NCBI GenBank assembly: GCA_963708395.1
Contig: CAVPSG010000002.1
Location: 1,804,401 to 1,868,400 of the forward strand
DNA: 64,000 nt
Source: an uncultured Acidobacteriota bacterium
GTDB taxonomy: Bacteria > Acidobacteriota > Thermoanaerobaculia > UBA5066 > Gp7-AA6
Direction of reading: 5' to 3'
The notes under the pieces are model-generated. The model worked only from the letters and a program-made list of their open reading frames with translations, was not told where the DNA came from and searched no databases. Positions 20,146 to 32,248 of this stretch are shown here, piece by piece; the first letter of the stretch is position 1, and every line of letters begins with the position of its first letter. Position numbers and translations under genes: made by a program.

Positions 20146-21246
20146 ATGCGACAGATCATCCGCCGGGCCCTCGCCCTTTCCGTCCTCATTCTCTTGCCTC
20201 GGGCGGCTCTTGAACTGCAGAGCCCGTGGCCCGACGGGCCGGCGCCCGTTGTTCGGTGGTCTAGAGAGATTGTTGCGAGAGACGTCCTATTTGGCGGCGG
20301 TTCCGTATTCGCTCAGACGAAGGGATCACTCGTTGCATTGGACGGAGACTCAGGAGAGCAGCTGTGGGAGCAATCGCTCGGAAACGAGAACAGCCCGAGA
20401 CGACCTGCCGACCCAATGGTCGTGTTGGATGACAGAATAGCTGTTGGGGTTGGACACGAGGTCCTGGTGTTTGACAGCCGAACAGGCTCCCAAGTGTCCC
20501 GGACAGAAATCCTCGGAGGACCGGCACGGATCATCGCCGGGCCGCCGTTGCTGGTAGAGACCCAATGGCGCCTTGCTGGTTCAGTAATTCTGAGGATCGA
20601 TCCGGATAGCGGCAGAGTCCTAACGCGTCAACGTTCAAACTTGGTGGAGCGGATCTGGGTCCGCGACGGGATCCTTCTCGTGATGGCCTATCGTTCAAGT
20701 TCAGAGAAAGCGCCGGAAATGCATATCCTGAGGGCATTTCGGGCTTCCGATCTCAACTTGCTGTGGAGCCTTCGAGCCGACTGGCCCGAACTTCACGAAG
20801 TCGATGGCGTCTCGGTCCTAAGCGTGATCGCGAATCACGACAGGGGCGGGAAGTACATGCCAATCAATCTTCGGACCGGCGAGCTAGGCCCGCCCTTGCC
20901 GCGGCGAGGACCAGTCGAGTCAGAGTGGGGAGGCGCGACTTGGGAGCTCGAATCGGTCGACTCAGGTGACAACTTCGATCGGATGCGACGGAACGACCCG
21001 GCCAACGGCAGCGCTATCTGGACGCAGGACATTCCTTTTCCCGTCACAGGGTTCCTTCATGACCGCGCGACGCTCTATCTTTTCGGAGGAGATGGCCTGG
21101 CAGTTCTCGACTGGTCGACGGGTAGACCCAGGCAGGTCCTCCAAAGCTTCCAGCGCATACGAGAGCTGTTCATTTTCAATGACTCGTTGGTGGCATGGAC
21201 CTTCGGTGATCGAATCATCTCGTTCACCTTGTCGCCCGCCGTCTAA
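20146..21246 (+). CDS. Secreted PQQ-like beta-propeller repeat protein (BamB-like fold); locally lower GC
   Basis: Signal peptide MRQIIRRALALSVLILLPRAALE, then repeated LxALDxxSGxxLW / VLVFDSRTGSQV blade motifs. Visibly A/T-richer codon usage than its neighbours. Confidence 0.5.
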   Translation: MRQIIRRALALSVLILLPRAALELQSPWPDGPAPVVRWSREIVARDVLFGGGSVFAQTKGSLVALDGDSGEQLWEQSLGNENSPRRPADPMVVLDDRIAVGVGHEVLVFDSRTGSQVSRTEILGGPARIIAGPPLLVETQWRLAGSVILRIDPDSGRVLTRQRSNLVERIWVRDGILLVMAYRSSSEKAPEMHILRAFRASDLNLLWSLRADWPELHEVDGVSVLSVIANHDRGGKYMPINLRTGELGPPLPRRGPVESEWGGATWELESVDSGDNFDRMRRNDPANGSAIWTQDIPFPVTGFLHDRATLYLFGGDGLAVLDWSTGRPRQVLQSFQRIRELFIFNDSLVAWTFGDRIISFTLSPAV

Positions 21247-21253
21247 CCCGCGC

Positions 21254-21741
21254 ATGAGGCCCGTCCTCCGGGAGATCCGAAAGTCCGACCGGGAGGCGAT
21301 GTATCGTCTCGACCACCGCTGCTTCGAGCCAGGCATCGCCTTCACGCGCGCGCAGATCCAGGCGTTCCTCGGGCTCGAGAGCCTCGAAGCCGTCGCGGCC
21401 GAGGCCGATCGGCGAGCTCATCGGCTTCGCGATCGGATACCTGCGGCGTCCCGGCCTCGGCGGCGTCCTGACGCTCGACGTCGATCCGCAGCGCCGCCGG
21501 GGAGGCATCGGCCGCGCGCTCTTCCGCGAGCTCCTCGCGCGGCTCGAGGCCGCGGGCGCGCGGACCGTGCAGCTCGAGGTGGACGTGCGGAATTCCGGGG
21601 CCATCGCGTTCTATCGGTCCTTCGGTTTTCGCCGCGTCGGCCGGATTCCGGACTACTACGGCGGCGGAAAGGACGCGTACGAGATGGAGAAGGGGAAAGC
21701 CTCTCGCTCTAGCAGGTTGCTGAAGAAGGGTGTGGGATGAC
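21254..21741 (+). CDS. GNAT family N-acetyltransferase (RimI-like); frameshift near 21408
   Basis: MRPVLREIRKSDREAMYRLDHRCFEPGIAF..; after a +1 shift, GELIGFAIGYLRRPGLGGVLTLDVDPQRRRGGIGRALFRELLARLEAAGARTVQLEVDVRNSGAIAFYRSFGFRRVGRIPDYY (acetyl-CoA motif A R-x-x-G-x-G). Confidence 0.6.
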
Positions 21742-21824
21742 GTTACGAGCGCCGCGGGGTCAGATCCGAGGAAGCGCGACGACGTCGATGCCATCGCATC
21801 GGCGAGGAGCGATGACGAAGCCTG

Positions 21825-23231
21825 CTAGGGCAAGAAGCCGAGGTTCGGTGTCGTGAACCGCCCGATGAGCGGGAAGATCGTCGGGATGTCCGCGGCCCCG
21901 ACTCCGAACCAGCTCGCGAGCGTTGCCGCGTACTGCTCGACGGCGCACGTCGGGATCCAGCGGCCCCGGTCGTCGGTGTCGTCCGGGCCGCCGAGCGCGA
22001 GCGTCGGGAAGACCGAGTCGGTCGAGCGAGGCACGCCGTAGAAGTCGCCGCCCGCGACCGCGCCGCCCATCACGAGCTGGTGGTTACCCCAGCCGTGGTC
22101 GGTGCCGACGCTGCCGCCGTCGCCCGAGGGCTGGAGCGTGCGCCCGAAGTCGGAGAGCGTGAACGTCGTGACCTGGGACTCGACGCCGAGCTCGACCGTC
22201 GCGTCGGAAAAGGCCTTCAGCGCGGCGGACAGCTCGCCGAGCAGGTCGGCCTGATCGGTGAGCTGGTCCGTGTGGGTGTCGAACCCGCCCATCTCGCAGT
22301 AGAAGATCTGCCGCTTGAGCGGCGTCGGCGCCGTCTGGTTCAGCTTGATCAGCTTGGCGACCTGCAGGAGCTGGTCGCCGAGGTCCGAGCCCGGGAATGA
22401 CGTCGTGATCGACGGATCCGTCGAGAGGGCCTGGCTGATGTCGTAGGCCTGCTGGGTCGCGTCGCTCGTGGCGGCGACCAGCGTGGCCGACCGGTCGATC
22501 GTACGCAGATGATTCATGGACGTCAGCCTGGCGTTCTCGCCGGGCGAGCCGTAGAAGCCGTAGAGCACGAGGACCTCGTCGAGAGGCGTCGGCGCCGGGG
22601 CGATGCCGAGCGGCCGCGTCGTCATCCCGAGGCCAAAGAGCGAGGTGCCCCAGTTCACCGAGGTCACGATGGGGAAGATCGCGCCGCTGTTCATCGCGGC
22701 GGTGAAGTCGCCCGTGCGGCCTCCCCAGCCGAGCCGCGTGTCGACGTCGGCGCGCGCGGACTGCCACTGCGTGACCTGGTCGGAGTGGGAGAAGAGAGCG
22801 TACGGCTGCGGGTCTCCATTCTGGAACTGCGCGCGGGTGAGCGGCTGAACGAGCGGTCCGACGTTGGCCACGACGGCGAGCTTTCCGGAGGAGAAGAGCG
22901 CCGGCATCTGCGTCATGTTCGGATGGAAGCCGAATGGCGTGCCGAGCGTCGCGGGAGTGACCGACAGGTACTGGCCCTGGTCCAGGGCGAGCCCGGAGCC
23001 GGTGCGCGCGTCGCTGTACGCCTGGAAGCCCGCCGCGTCGAGCGGCACGATCATCGAGTTGCCGTCGTTGCCGCCGCCCAGGAAGACGCAGACGAGAGCC
23101 CGGTAGTCGGCCGCCGCGGGCCGCGCGTACGCGCTGATCAGGCCCAGTTTGTCGAGCCCGGCCTGGAAGGCCGCCATGCCGAGGGCGGCGCAGCCGGTCC
23201 GGACGAAGAATTCCCTGCGGGTCGGGTCCAT
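21825..23231 (-). CDS. DUF1501 domain protein (Tat signal; sulfatase/phosphatase-like fold)
   Basis: MDPTRREFFVRTGCAALGMAAF (twin-Arg signal), then ..VCVFLGGGNDGNSMIVP..FYCEMGGFDTHTDQ..GTDHGWGNHQLVMGG. Paired immediately with DUF1800. Confidence 0.8.
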   Translation of the reverse strand: MDPTRREFFVRTGCAALGMAAFQAGLDKLGLISAYARPAAADYRALVCVFLGGGNDGNSMIVPLDAAGFQAYSDARTGSGLALDQGQYLSVTPATLGTPFGFHPNMTQMPALFSSGKLAVVANVGPLVQPLTRAQFQNGDPQPYALFSHSDQVTQWQSARADVDTRLGWGGRTGDFTAAMNSGAIFPIVTSVNWGTSLFGLGMTTRPLGIAPAPTPLDEVLVLYGFYGSPGENARLTSMNHLRTIDRSATLVAATSDATQQAYDISQALSTDPSITTSFPGSDLGDQLLQVAKLIKLNQTAPTPLKRQIFYCEMGGFDTHTDQLTDQADLLGELSAALKAFSDATVELGVESQVTTFTLSDFGRTLQPSGDGGSVGTDHGWGNHQLVMGGAVAGGDFYGVPRSTDSVFPTLALGGPDDTDDRGRWIPTCAVEQYAATLASWFGVGAADIPTIFPLIGRFTTPNLGFLP

Positions 23232-23233
23232 GC

Positions 23234-25675
23234 TCACCTCTCGACCTGGAACTGCGAGGACGTCGTCACGAGATACAGGGCCTGCGGCACGACGAGGTCC
23301 GGATCGTCGGACGCCATCGCGACGACGGCGGCGCGGATGCTCGAGCGCATGTCGTCGGACATCGTGCCGTGGAGGAGGAGCCGGTCGAGCTCGGAGAGGA
23401 GCGCGTCGGGGCTCGCCGCGGCGAGCGTCTGGAGCCGCGCGAGGTCGAGGGCCGTGCCCTTGGGGCCGTTGTCGGATTCGTCGATTCCCCAGAAGAGCAG
23501 GAACTGGAGGAAGTTCGCCCGCGCGAGCGCGGTCGTGGCGGAGAGGATGCCGAACTCGGGGCCGGCGAGGGTCGTGCCGGGCACCGTGAAATCCGCCGGG
23601 TAGTAGCTGAAGACGCTGTCGGGCCGGAAGACGTCCTGGCTCATGTCCCACGTGTACGGATCGAGGTAGCCGTCGCTCGGCGACGAGTCGGAGTACGCGT
23701 GCGCGTTGAACGCGCGCAGGATGTTCGTGACGAAAAGGACCGGCTCGCGAAGATGCCCGTAGTCGGCGTCCGTCTTGACGTCGCCGCGTGCCTCGGGATC
23801 GAGGAGGATCGCGCGCACGACCGCCTTGAGGTCGCCGCGCACGCCGATGCCGTCGTCGTCGAAGACCGCGGAGACGCGCGCGACGTAGCCGGGGCTCGGA
23901 TTGCTCGTGACGAGGCTGCGGATGAGGTGGCGCGAGATGAACGGGCCGACGTTCGGGTGCTGGAAGATCATGTCGAGGGCGTCGGACAGGTCCTTCGCGC
24001 CGCCCTGGTTCTTGGACAGCTTCTGCCCGTTCAGCAGCGTCTTCGAGCCGTTGTCGTGGTAGCTCGCGACGAGCACCATCGGATCGCGGTAGTTCGAGTA
24101 GCCGTCCTGCGGCGGGTCCGCGGCGGTCCAGCCGGTGAAGACCTTGGCGAAGTTCGTGACGACGCTCTGGTCGTACGTCGGCAAAGGGAGGCCGTCGGTT
24201 CCGAGTTTCGGCGTGCCGTCGGGATTCAGCTGGAAGACGCCGATCGAGAAGAGCTGCAGGATCTCGCGCGCGTAATTCTCGTTCGGGTCGTACTTGGTGC
24301 TGTCCATCATGTCCAGGTAGTCGCCCATCGCGGGATTGAGCGTGAGCTCCTGAAGGAGTTGCCGATAGTGCCCGAACGCGTGGTGCTGGAAAACCTGGAG
24401 ATACGGCGTGTACCAGGAAGGCATCGAGATGTCCCAGCCCGAGACCGGCATGAGCCGGTGGAGCGCCCACGCGACGCGCTGGCGGAGCTGGTCGTCGGCA
24501 TACAGCGCGTTGGTGAAGAAGCGGAGCTGGAGGGGATAGGCCGTGTAGTTGTCGCGCTGGCAATCGGAGTCGCATGTGAGCGGCACGTCGTCCGGCTGCA
24601 GCGGAAGGTCGGGAAAGCCGGACACGGGAGCGGCGAACTGCTCGTCGAGGTAACCCTCGATGCCGACCTGCCGCACGTGCGCGATGGCCGCGTCGTTCGG
24701 CCCGAAAGTGGCCTGCTCGAGAAGTCGGACGATGTCGGCGTTGAAGGTCCGCGACAGGAAGGCGGCCATCTGGGCCCGCGTGCTCGTGCTGCCCGGGCAG
24801 AACGCGCCGGGGCCGCAGCCCGAGGTCACGCGCTCGCCGGCGAGCTGCTCGATCCAGGCGGCGAATGGCGCGTTCGACGGAACGTCGGTGAACAGAAGTC
24901 CCGTCGCGGGCGGCGGCCGGTACGCGGCCCCGTGCTCGGCGCGCATCAGGAAGACGGCCATCTCGCCGCGCGTCACGGACTGGTCCGGGCAGTATTTCTT
25001 CCCGCCGCAGCCCGTCGTGATGCCCTCGGCCGCCAGGCGCTCGATCCAGCGCGCGAACGGCGCGCCGGCCGGGACGTCCGTGAAAACCGTCCCCGTCGCC
25101 GGAGGCGGTGAGTACGCGCCACCATGCTCGCCGCGCAACAGGAACACCGCCATTTGTCCGCGCGTGACGGAGATGCCGGGGCAGTAGTTGCCGCCGCCGC
25201 AACCGGTCGTGATTCCCTTCCGGGTGATCTTCACGACCGCAGAGTGGAAGGGGTCCGACGATGGCACGTCGGCGTAGTCGGCGAACCAGCCGCCCGCCAG
25301 AACGGCCGTCGAGTTGTCGGGGTTCGTCACCTGGACGTCGAGGAGCGATCCGGGGGCCGCGGCCGGCGCCGAGGCCGAAAGCCGTGTCGTCCCCGCGACG
25401 GCGACGCCCGACGCGAACCCCGAACCGATCTTGACCGTCGCGCCCGGTTGGAATCCATAGCCGAGCGCGGTGATCGCCGCGCCTCCCGAGGCGGGGCCGG
25501 AGTCCGGTGAGAGCCCCGCCACGTCGGGAGTCGCGCCGAAGAGCAGGCGCGCGGGAAGCGCCGCGGCTACGAGGGCGGGTGAAAGCCGGCGGAGTGTCGG
25601 CAATCGGAACAGAAGCGCCTCCGATCTCTTCGGATGGTTTTCGAGAATTCTAGAGATGCGGAGGCACCGGCGCAT
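23234..25675 (-). CDS. DUF1800 domain protein with N-terminal IPT/TIG-like domain and three SLH (S-layer homology) domains
   Basis: Three repeats FTDVPxxxPFAxWIExLAAEGITTGCGGxxYCPxxxVTRGxMAVFLxR (the SLH pattern with GC..YCP replacing GYxDGTFRP), then a DUF1800-like C-terminal 450 aa. Stop abuts the DUF1501 start. True start uncertain; a TTG giving MPTLRRLSPALVAAALPARLLFGA is a plausible signal-peptide start. Confidence 0.75.
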   Translation of the reverse strand: MRRCLRISRILENHPKRSEALLFRLPTLRRLSPALVAAALPARLLFGATPDVAGLSPDSGPASGGAAITALGYGFQPGATVKIGSGFASGVAVAGTTRLSASAPAAAPGSLLDVQVTNPDNSTAVLAGGWFADYADVPSSDPFHSAVVKITRKGITTGCGGGNYCPGISVTRGQMAVFLLRGEHGGAYSPPPATGTVFTDVPAGAPFARWIERLAAEGITTGCGGKKYCPDQSVTRGEMAVFLMRAEHGAAYRPPPATGLLFTDVPSNAPFAAWIEQLAGERVTSGCGPGAFCPGSTSTRAQMAAFLSRTFNADIVRLLEQATFGPNDAAIAHVRQVGIEGYLDEQFAAPVSGFPDLPLQPDDVPLTCDSDCQRDNYTAYPLQLRFFTNALYADDQLRQRVAWALHRLMPVSGWDISMPSWYTPYLQVFQHHAFGHYRQLLQELTLNPAMGDYLDMMDSTKYDPNENYAREILQLFSIGVFQLNPDGTPKLGTDGLPLPTYDQSVVTNFAKVFTGWTAADPPQDGYSNYRDPMVLVASYHDNGSKTLLNGQKLSKNQGGAKDLSDALDMIFQHPNVGPFISRHLIRSLVTSNPSPGYVARVSAVFDDDGIGVRGDLKAVVRAILLDPEARGDVKTDADYGHLREPVLFVTNILRAFNAHAYSDSSPSDGYLDPYTWDMSQDVFRPDSVFSYYPADFTVPGTTLAGPEFGILSATTALARANFLQFLLFWGIDESDNGPKGTALDLARLQTLAAASPDALLSELDRLLLHGTMSDDMRSSIRAAVVAMASDDPDLVVPQALYLVTTSSQFQVER

Positions 25676-25729
25676 CTGCTCCGATGGCCAGTGTCGCGAC
25701 GGTCCGATGGACCTGTCCGCCCGGAGAGC

Positions 25730-26365
25730 TCAGGCGCGCGAAGCGCGCAGAATCGCGAGCGAGACGGCCTCGACGCCGTTCAGAACGAACTGCACGCCGA
25801 TGACCGCGGCGATGAGGCCCATGATCTTCGAGACGATGCGCTGGCCGTTCTCGCCGATGCGCGCGACGAGCCACGGCGCGGCGAGCAGGATCGCGAGCGT
25901 CAGCAGGATGTTCACGGCGATCGCGAGCGCCAGCGCGGCCCGGTGGAATCCGTCGCGGGCCTGGCCGACGAGGACCATCACGGTGGAGATCGCGCCGGGT
26001 CCCGCGATCAGGGGCATCCCGATGGGCACGATCGACGGGTCGGACCGCGAGACCGCGCCGGCGTCGCGCTCATGCTCCTCCTCCTGGAGCGTCCTGAGGC
26101 CCATGATCGTGAAGAGGATGCCGCCGGCGATCTGGAAGGCCGGCAGCGTGATGCCGAAGAAGCCGAAGATCGCGCCGCCGGTCGCGGCGAAGACGGCGAG
26201 GATCACGGCCGCGGCGAGGCAGGCCTTGAACGCGAAGGCCCGCCGCCGGTCGGGCTCGTGAGATGTCAGCGCCACGAAGATCGGCGCCGCCTCGATCGGA
26301 TTGATGACCGAGAAGAGCGTCGAGAACGCGAGGAGAGCGAACTTTCCCTCGGGCGAGGAGAACAT
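25730..26365 (-). CDS. MarC family integral membrane protein (UPF0056)
   Basis: 211 aa, 6 TM helices, INPIEAAPIF..GGILFTIMGL..PLIAGPGAISTVM typical of MarC. Confidence 0.8.
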   Translation of the reverse strand: MFSSPEGKFALLAFSTLFSVINPIEAAPIFVALTSHEPDRRRAFAFKACLAAAVILAVFAATGGAIFGFFGITLPAFQIAGGILFTIMGLRTLQEEEHERDAGAVSRSDPSIVPIGMPLIAGPGAISTVMVLVGQARDGFHRAALALAIAVNILLTLAILLAAPWLVARIGENGQRIVSKIMGLIAAVIGVQFVLNGVEAVSLAILRASRA

Positions 26366-26406
26366 CGCGGTTCATCCTACGCCCCGCGCCGGCGCGCAAC
26401 CGGGGA

Positions 26407-28701
26407 CTACGGACCGTAGAGCAGGAGCTTGAACGCGTTCGTCAGGAACTTCGACATCTCGTCGCGCCCGATGCTGAGGTCCGGGCAGTACTGATTTGCG
26501 GAGCAGCCGGAGATGATCCCGCGCGCCCACAGGTAGTGCGCGTGGCGGCAGAACTCGTCGGTTGGGAAGACGTCGGTGAAGTGGAGGTTCGGGCTGCCCG
26601 CGTCGCACGAGTACGAGAGCCCCGTGTCCGGATCCGGTCCATACGTGATCGGGACCGCCGACCCGCCCGCCGGCGCGACCATCGCCTTGGCGATGAAAAT
26701 CGCCATCTCGGCCCGCGTTGCGTCGAGCGACGGGCAGAATATCGCGGCGCCGCATCCGGACGTCACGTGTTGCGACGCGATGTAGTGCACGCCGCGGCAA
26801 AAGATGTCCGTCGGTGCGACGTCGGTGAAGAGCGACACGCCGCCGTTCGTGCAGCTGTACGGTTGCGAGCCAACCGTACCGCTCGCGGGAAGGGCGGTCC
26901 CGCCCGTCAGGCCGCGGGCGATGAAGATCGCCATCTGCGAGCGCGGGACGGCGCTCGAGGGACAGTAGAGCGTCGTGGTGCAGCCGACCGTGATCCGGTT
27001 GTGGAAGATCGTCTCGATCTTTCGATAGAAGGGGTTGCCGCGCGGCACGTCGAGGAAGCTGTCGCCGATGTGGAGGATCCAGGTCTTGGGCGGCGTCGCG
27101 GTGTCGAGCGTCTCCACGAACGAGGAATCCCAGTGGCTCGAAGGCCGCGTCGCGGGCGCGGTCACGAATGTTCCATAGCAGTCCGATCCGGCGGTGCAGC
27201 TGCCGTTCGCGCCCGGCGCGATGATGCCGTAGGCGGCCAGGGCGTCCACGAGGGAATACGTCGGTCCGGCCGGTCCGTCGAACGACGACCCGGTCCCGTG
27301 CAGATCGACCGAGGAAGCGCCCTGATTGCTCCACGTCGGAGCCACCGCGACCGTTTCGCCCGGCTCGAACACGCCGTTGCCGTCGGATCCGGACCCCCCG
27401 GTCGCGTCGACCGTCAGAGCGAACGGCGCGAGCACCGGCGTCGGCGTGGGCGTCGGCGTCTCGGTCGGAGTCGGCGTGCTCGTGGGAGTCGGAGTCGGGG
27501 TCTCGGTCGGCGTGGAAGTTGGAGTCGCCGTAGGCGTCGCGGTCGGAGTCGGCGTCGAGGTCGGCGTCGCCGAAGGCGTGGCGGTCGGAGTCGACGTGGG
27601 GGTCTGGGTCGGCGTGGAGGTCGGCGTGTCGGTCGGAGTGGGCGTGAATGACGGCGTGAGTGTCGGCGTCGGTGTGAACGTCGGCGTATCGGTTGCCGTC
27701 GCGGTGGGGGTCGCCGTCGGTGTGTGAGTCGGCGTCGCGGTGGAGGTCGGCGTGTCCGTCGGCGTGGGCGTGAACGAAGGCGTCAGCGTCGGCGTGCTGG
27801 TCGGCGTCGGTGTGAAAGATGGGGTCAGAGTCGGCGTCGAAGTCGCCGTCGGGGTCATGGTCGGTGTGTTGGTCGGAGTGTTCGTCGGCGTATTGGTCCG
27901 GGTCGCCGTGGGCGTCGCGGTGCGAGTCGGCGTGGGCGTGGACGTCGGAGCCGGCGCCGCAGGACGGAGAGCGAGCGAATTCGCCACGCCGGGCCCGGCG
28001 TTGTTCGATGCCGTCGCGGTCTTGGTTCCGGTCGGGCCCGCGGCGCCCAGGGTCTGGTAGTTCATCTCGAGAGAGATGCCGAGAGGGTTCGGGACCGAGC
28101 GCGACGCCACGTCCACGGCTTCGGTCATTCCCGCCGGCGGCGTCCAGGTACCCGACGAGGTGTAGTTGTGGCCGGTCACGAGCATGTCCGAGGCCACCGT
28201 CGTCGTGACGCTCGGTGCCGTGTGCGTCAGGGACGAAGGTGTCGCCGTTCCGGCGCTGACGTCGATCGGCGTCGTGGGATCGACGCCCGAGAACGCGAGG
28301 ATGCCGCCCGCCGACCCGGTGGACGTGGAGAGCGTCCAGCTGTAGCTCGCAGGCTCCGATCCGACGACCGCATGGGTGTAGATGGCCTGCGTGGAGGCCG
28401 GAGTGGTCGCCTGGCCGGTCTGAATCCGCAGTGTCCAGCCCCCGGGCGCCGTGATCGTGGCGGTGTTCGGCCGAACGGCGATCGCGGCGATCAGGAGATC
28501 GCCCGCGACCGTGCCCGGAGGCACATTGATCGCGAGCGTCGTGCCGGAAGCCGAGCCCGCGGACCTCGCGGCGCGAAATGCGATCTGGCCCTGCGCCGCG
28601 GAGGCGACGAGGAGGCCGGTGAAGATCCACGAGACGGCGGCAGAATCCCGCAGAGACCGCGCGCGACGAGGGCAGAGAACGCCCCGGTTCTTGAAGTTCA
28701 C
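26407..28701 (-). CDS. Secreted cell-surface protein: N-terminal domain, ~180-aa Thr-Pro linker, three C-terminal SLH domains (Cys variant)
   Basis: GTG at 28701 with an AGGA upstream gives signal peptide (M)[42 protein letters not shown] low-complexity core. C-terminal [50 protein letters not shown] plus two further SLH-like repeats. Track ORF start 28941 rejected because it runs into the uvrA promoter region. Confidence 0.6.
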   Translation of the reverse strand: MNFKNRGVLCPRRARSLRDSAAVSWIFTGLLVASAAQGQIAFRAARSAGSASGTTLAINVPPGTVAGDLLIAAIAVRPNTATITAPGGWTLRIQTGQATTPASTQAIYTHAVVGSEPASYSWTLSTSTGSAGGILAFSGVDPTTPIDVSAGTATPSSLTHTAPSVTTTVASDMLVTGHNYTSSGTWTPPAGMTEAVDVASRSVPNPLGISLEMNYQTLGAAGPTGTKTATASNNAGPGVANSLALRPAAPAPTSTPTPTRTATPTATRTNTPTNTPTNTPTMTPTATSTPTLTPSFTPTPTSTPTLTPSFTPTPTDTPTSTATPTHTPTATPTATATDTPTFTPTPTLTPSFTPTPTDTPTSTPTQTPTSTPTATPSATPTSTPTPTATPTATPTSTPTETPTPTPTSTPTPTETPTPTPTPVLAPFALTVDATGGSGSDGNGVFEPGETVAVAPTWSNQGASSVDLHGTGSSFDGPAGPTYSLVDALAAYGIIAPGANGSCTAGSDCYGTFVTAPATRPSSHWDSSFVETLDTATPPKTWILHIGDSFLDVPRGNPFYRKIETIFHNRITVGCTTTLYCPSSAVPRSQMAIFIARGLTGGTALPASGTVGSQPYSCTNGGVSLFTDVAPTDIFCRGVHYIASQHVTSGCGAAIFCPSLDATRAEMAIFIAKAMVAPAGGSAVPITYGPDPDTGLSYSCDAGSPNLHFTDVFPTDEFCRHAHYLWARGIISGCSANQYCPDLSIGRDEMSKFLTNAFKLLLYGP
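27400..27960. repeat. Coding (Thr-Pro)n microsatellite-like low-complexity tract
   Basis: About 560 bp of gtcggcgt/ggagtcgg-type units on the + strand, encoding the TPTPT linker on the minus strand. Shadow ORF 27326..27727 reads (GVGV)n. Confidence 0.7.
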
Positions 28702-28807
28702 TTTGTTTTGTCCTGAAAAAGTGTCTCCATTGTATACCAATCGGGCGCGTTCCGGAATCGGCATCCGCCGGAAACGGGCGGGCGAACCGTTAGAATCGGC
28801 CCCCTCC

Positions 28808-31660
<2,853 letters not shown>

Positions 31661-31664
<4 letters not shown>

Positions 31665-32236
31665 GACGCGCCCTCGCGGTCCTCCTGACGGCCGCCGCGG
31701 CGTCTCGCGGTCTCGCGCAAACGGCGACGCCGCCCGCGGCAAAGGCCGCGCCGGCGCCGACCCGGGCCCCGGCGGCGAAGCCCCCGCTCGATTTCACCGG
31801 CGTCTGGGAGCTCGACGAGAAGTCGAGCCGCAACGTCGTCGCGGCGATGAGCGGCGAGGTCCTTACGGTTCGCCAGACGGGCAACCAGATCTGGATCTCC
31901 CCCATGGATCCCGCGAAGAGTCACCTGCTCTCCGAATCGATCGTCGTGGACGGCAAGACCTACGAGAAGACGCTCGGCAACAAGGGCAAGGGCTACCTGA
32001 CGGTGGACTGGGGCAAGGACGGGAAGTCGCTCTGGCTCGAGGTCACCGCCGGGCCCGACGAGGATCCGCGGAAGGTCGTGCAGCGCAGCGTCTGGAAGCT
32101 CTCGAAGGACCGCCGCGTGTGGGTGCGCCAGAGCGTCTCGATCCAGAACGGCAAGACGACGGAGGCGACGCTCGTCTTCCGCCGGCGCACCGCGCCGCCG
32201 CGCGCCGCGGCGAAGACCCCGACTCCGGCTCCCTGA
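31661..32236 (+). CDS. Secreted hypothetical protein (lipocalin/beta-sandwich-like?)
   Basis: GTG overlapping the uvrA stop. Signal peptide [21 protein letters not shown], then a 160-aa Lys-rich beta-strand-like domain. No family recognised. Confidence 0.4.
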
Positions 32237-32248
32237 CCTCGCCCGCCG

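Noticed and set aside
27326-28208. Possible CRISPR-like or VNTR array (regular short repeats)
   Set aside because: The repeats are 6-9 nt coding units of a Thr-Pro linker with no spacer-like unique segments and no cas genes. It is a coding low-complexity tract, not a CRISPR array.
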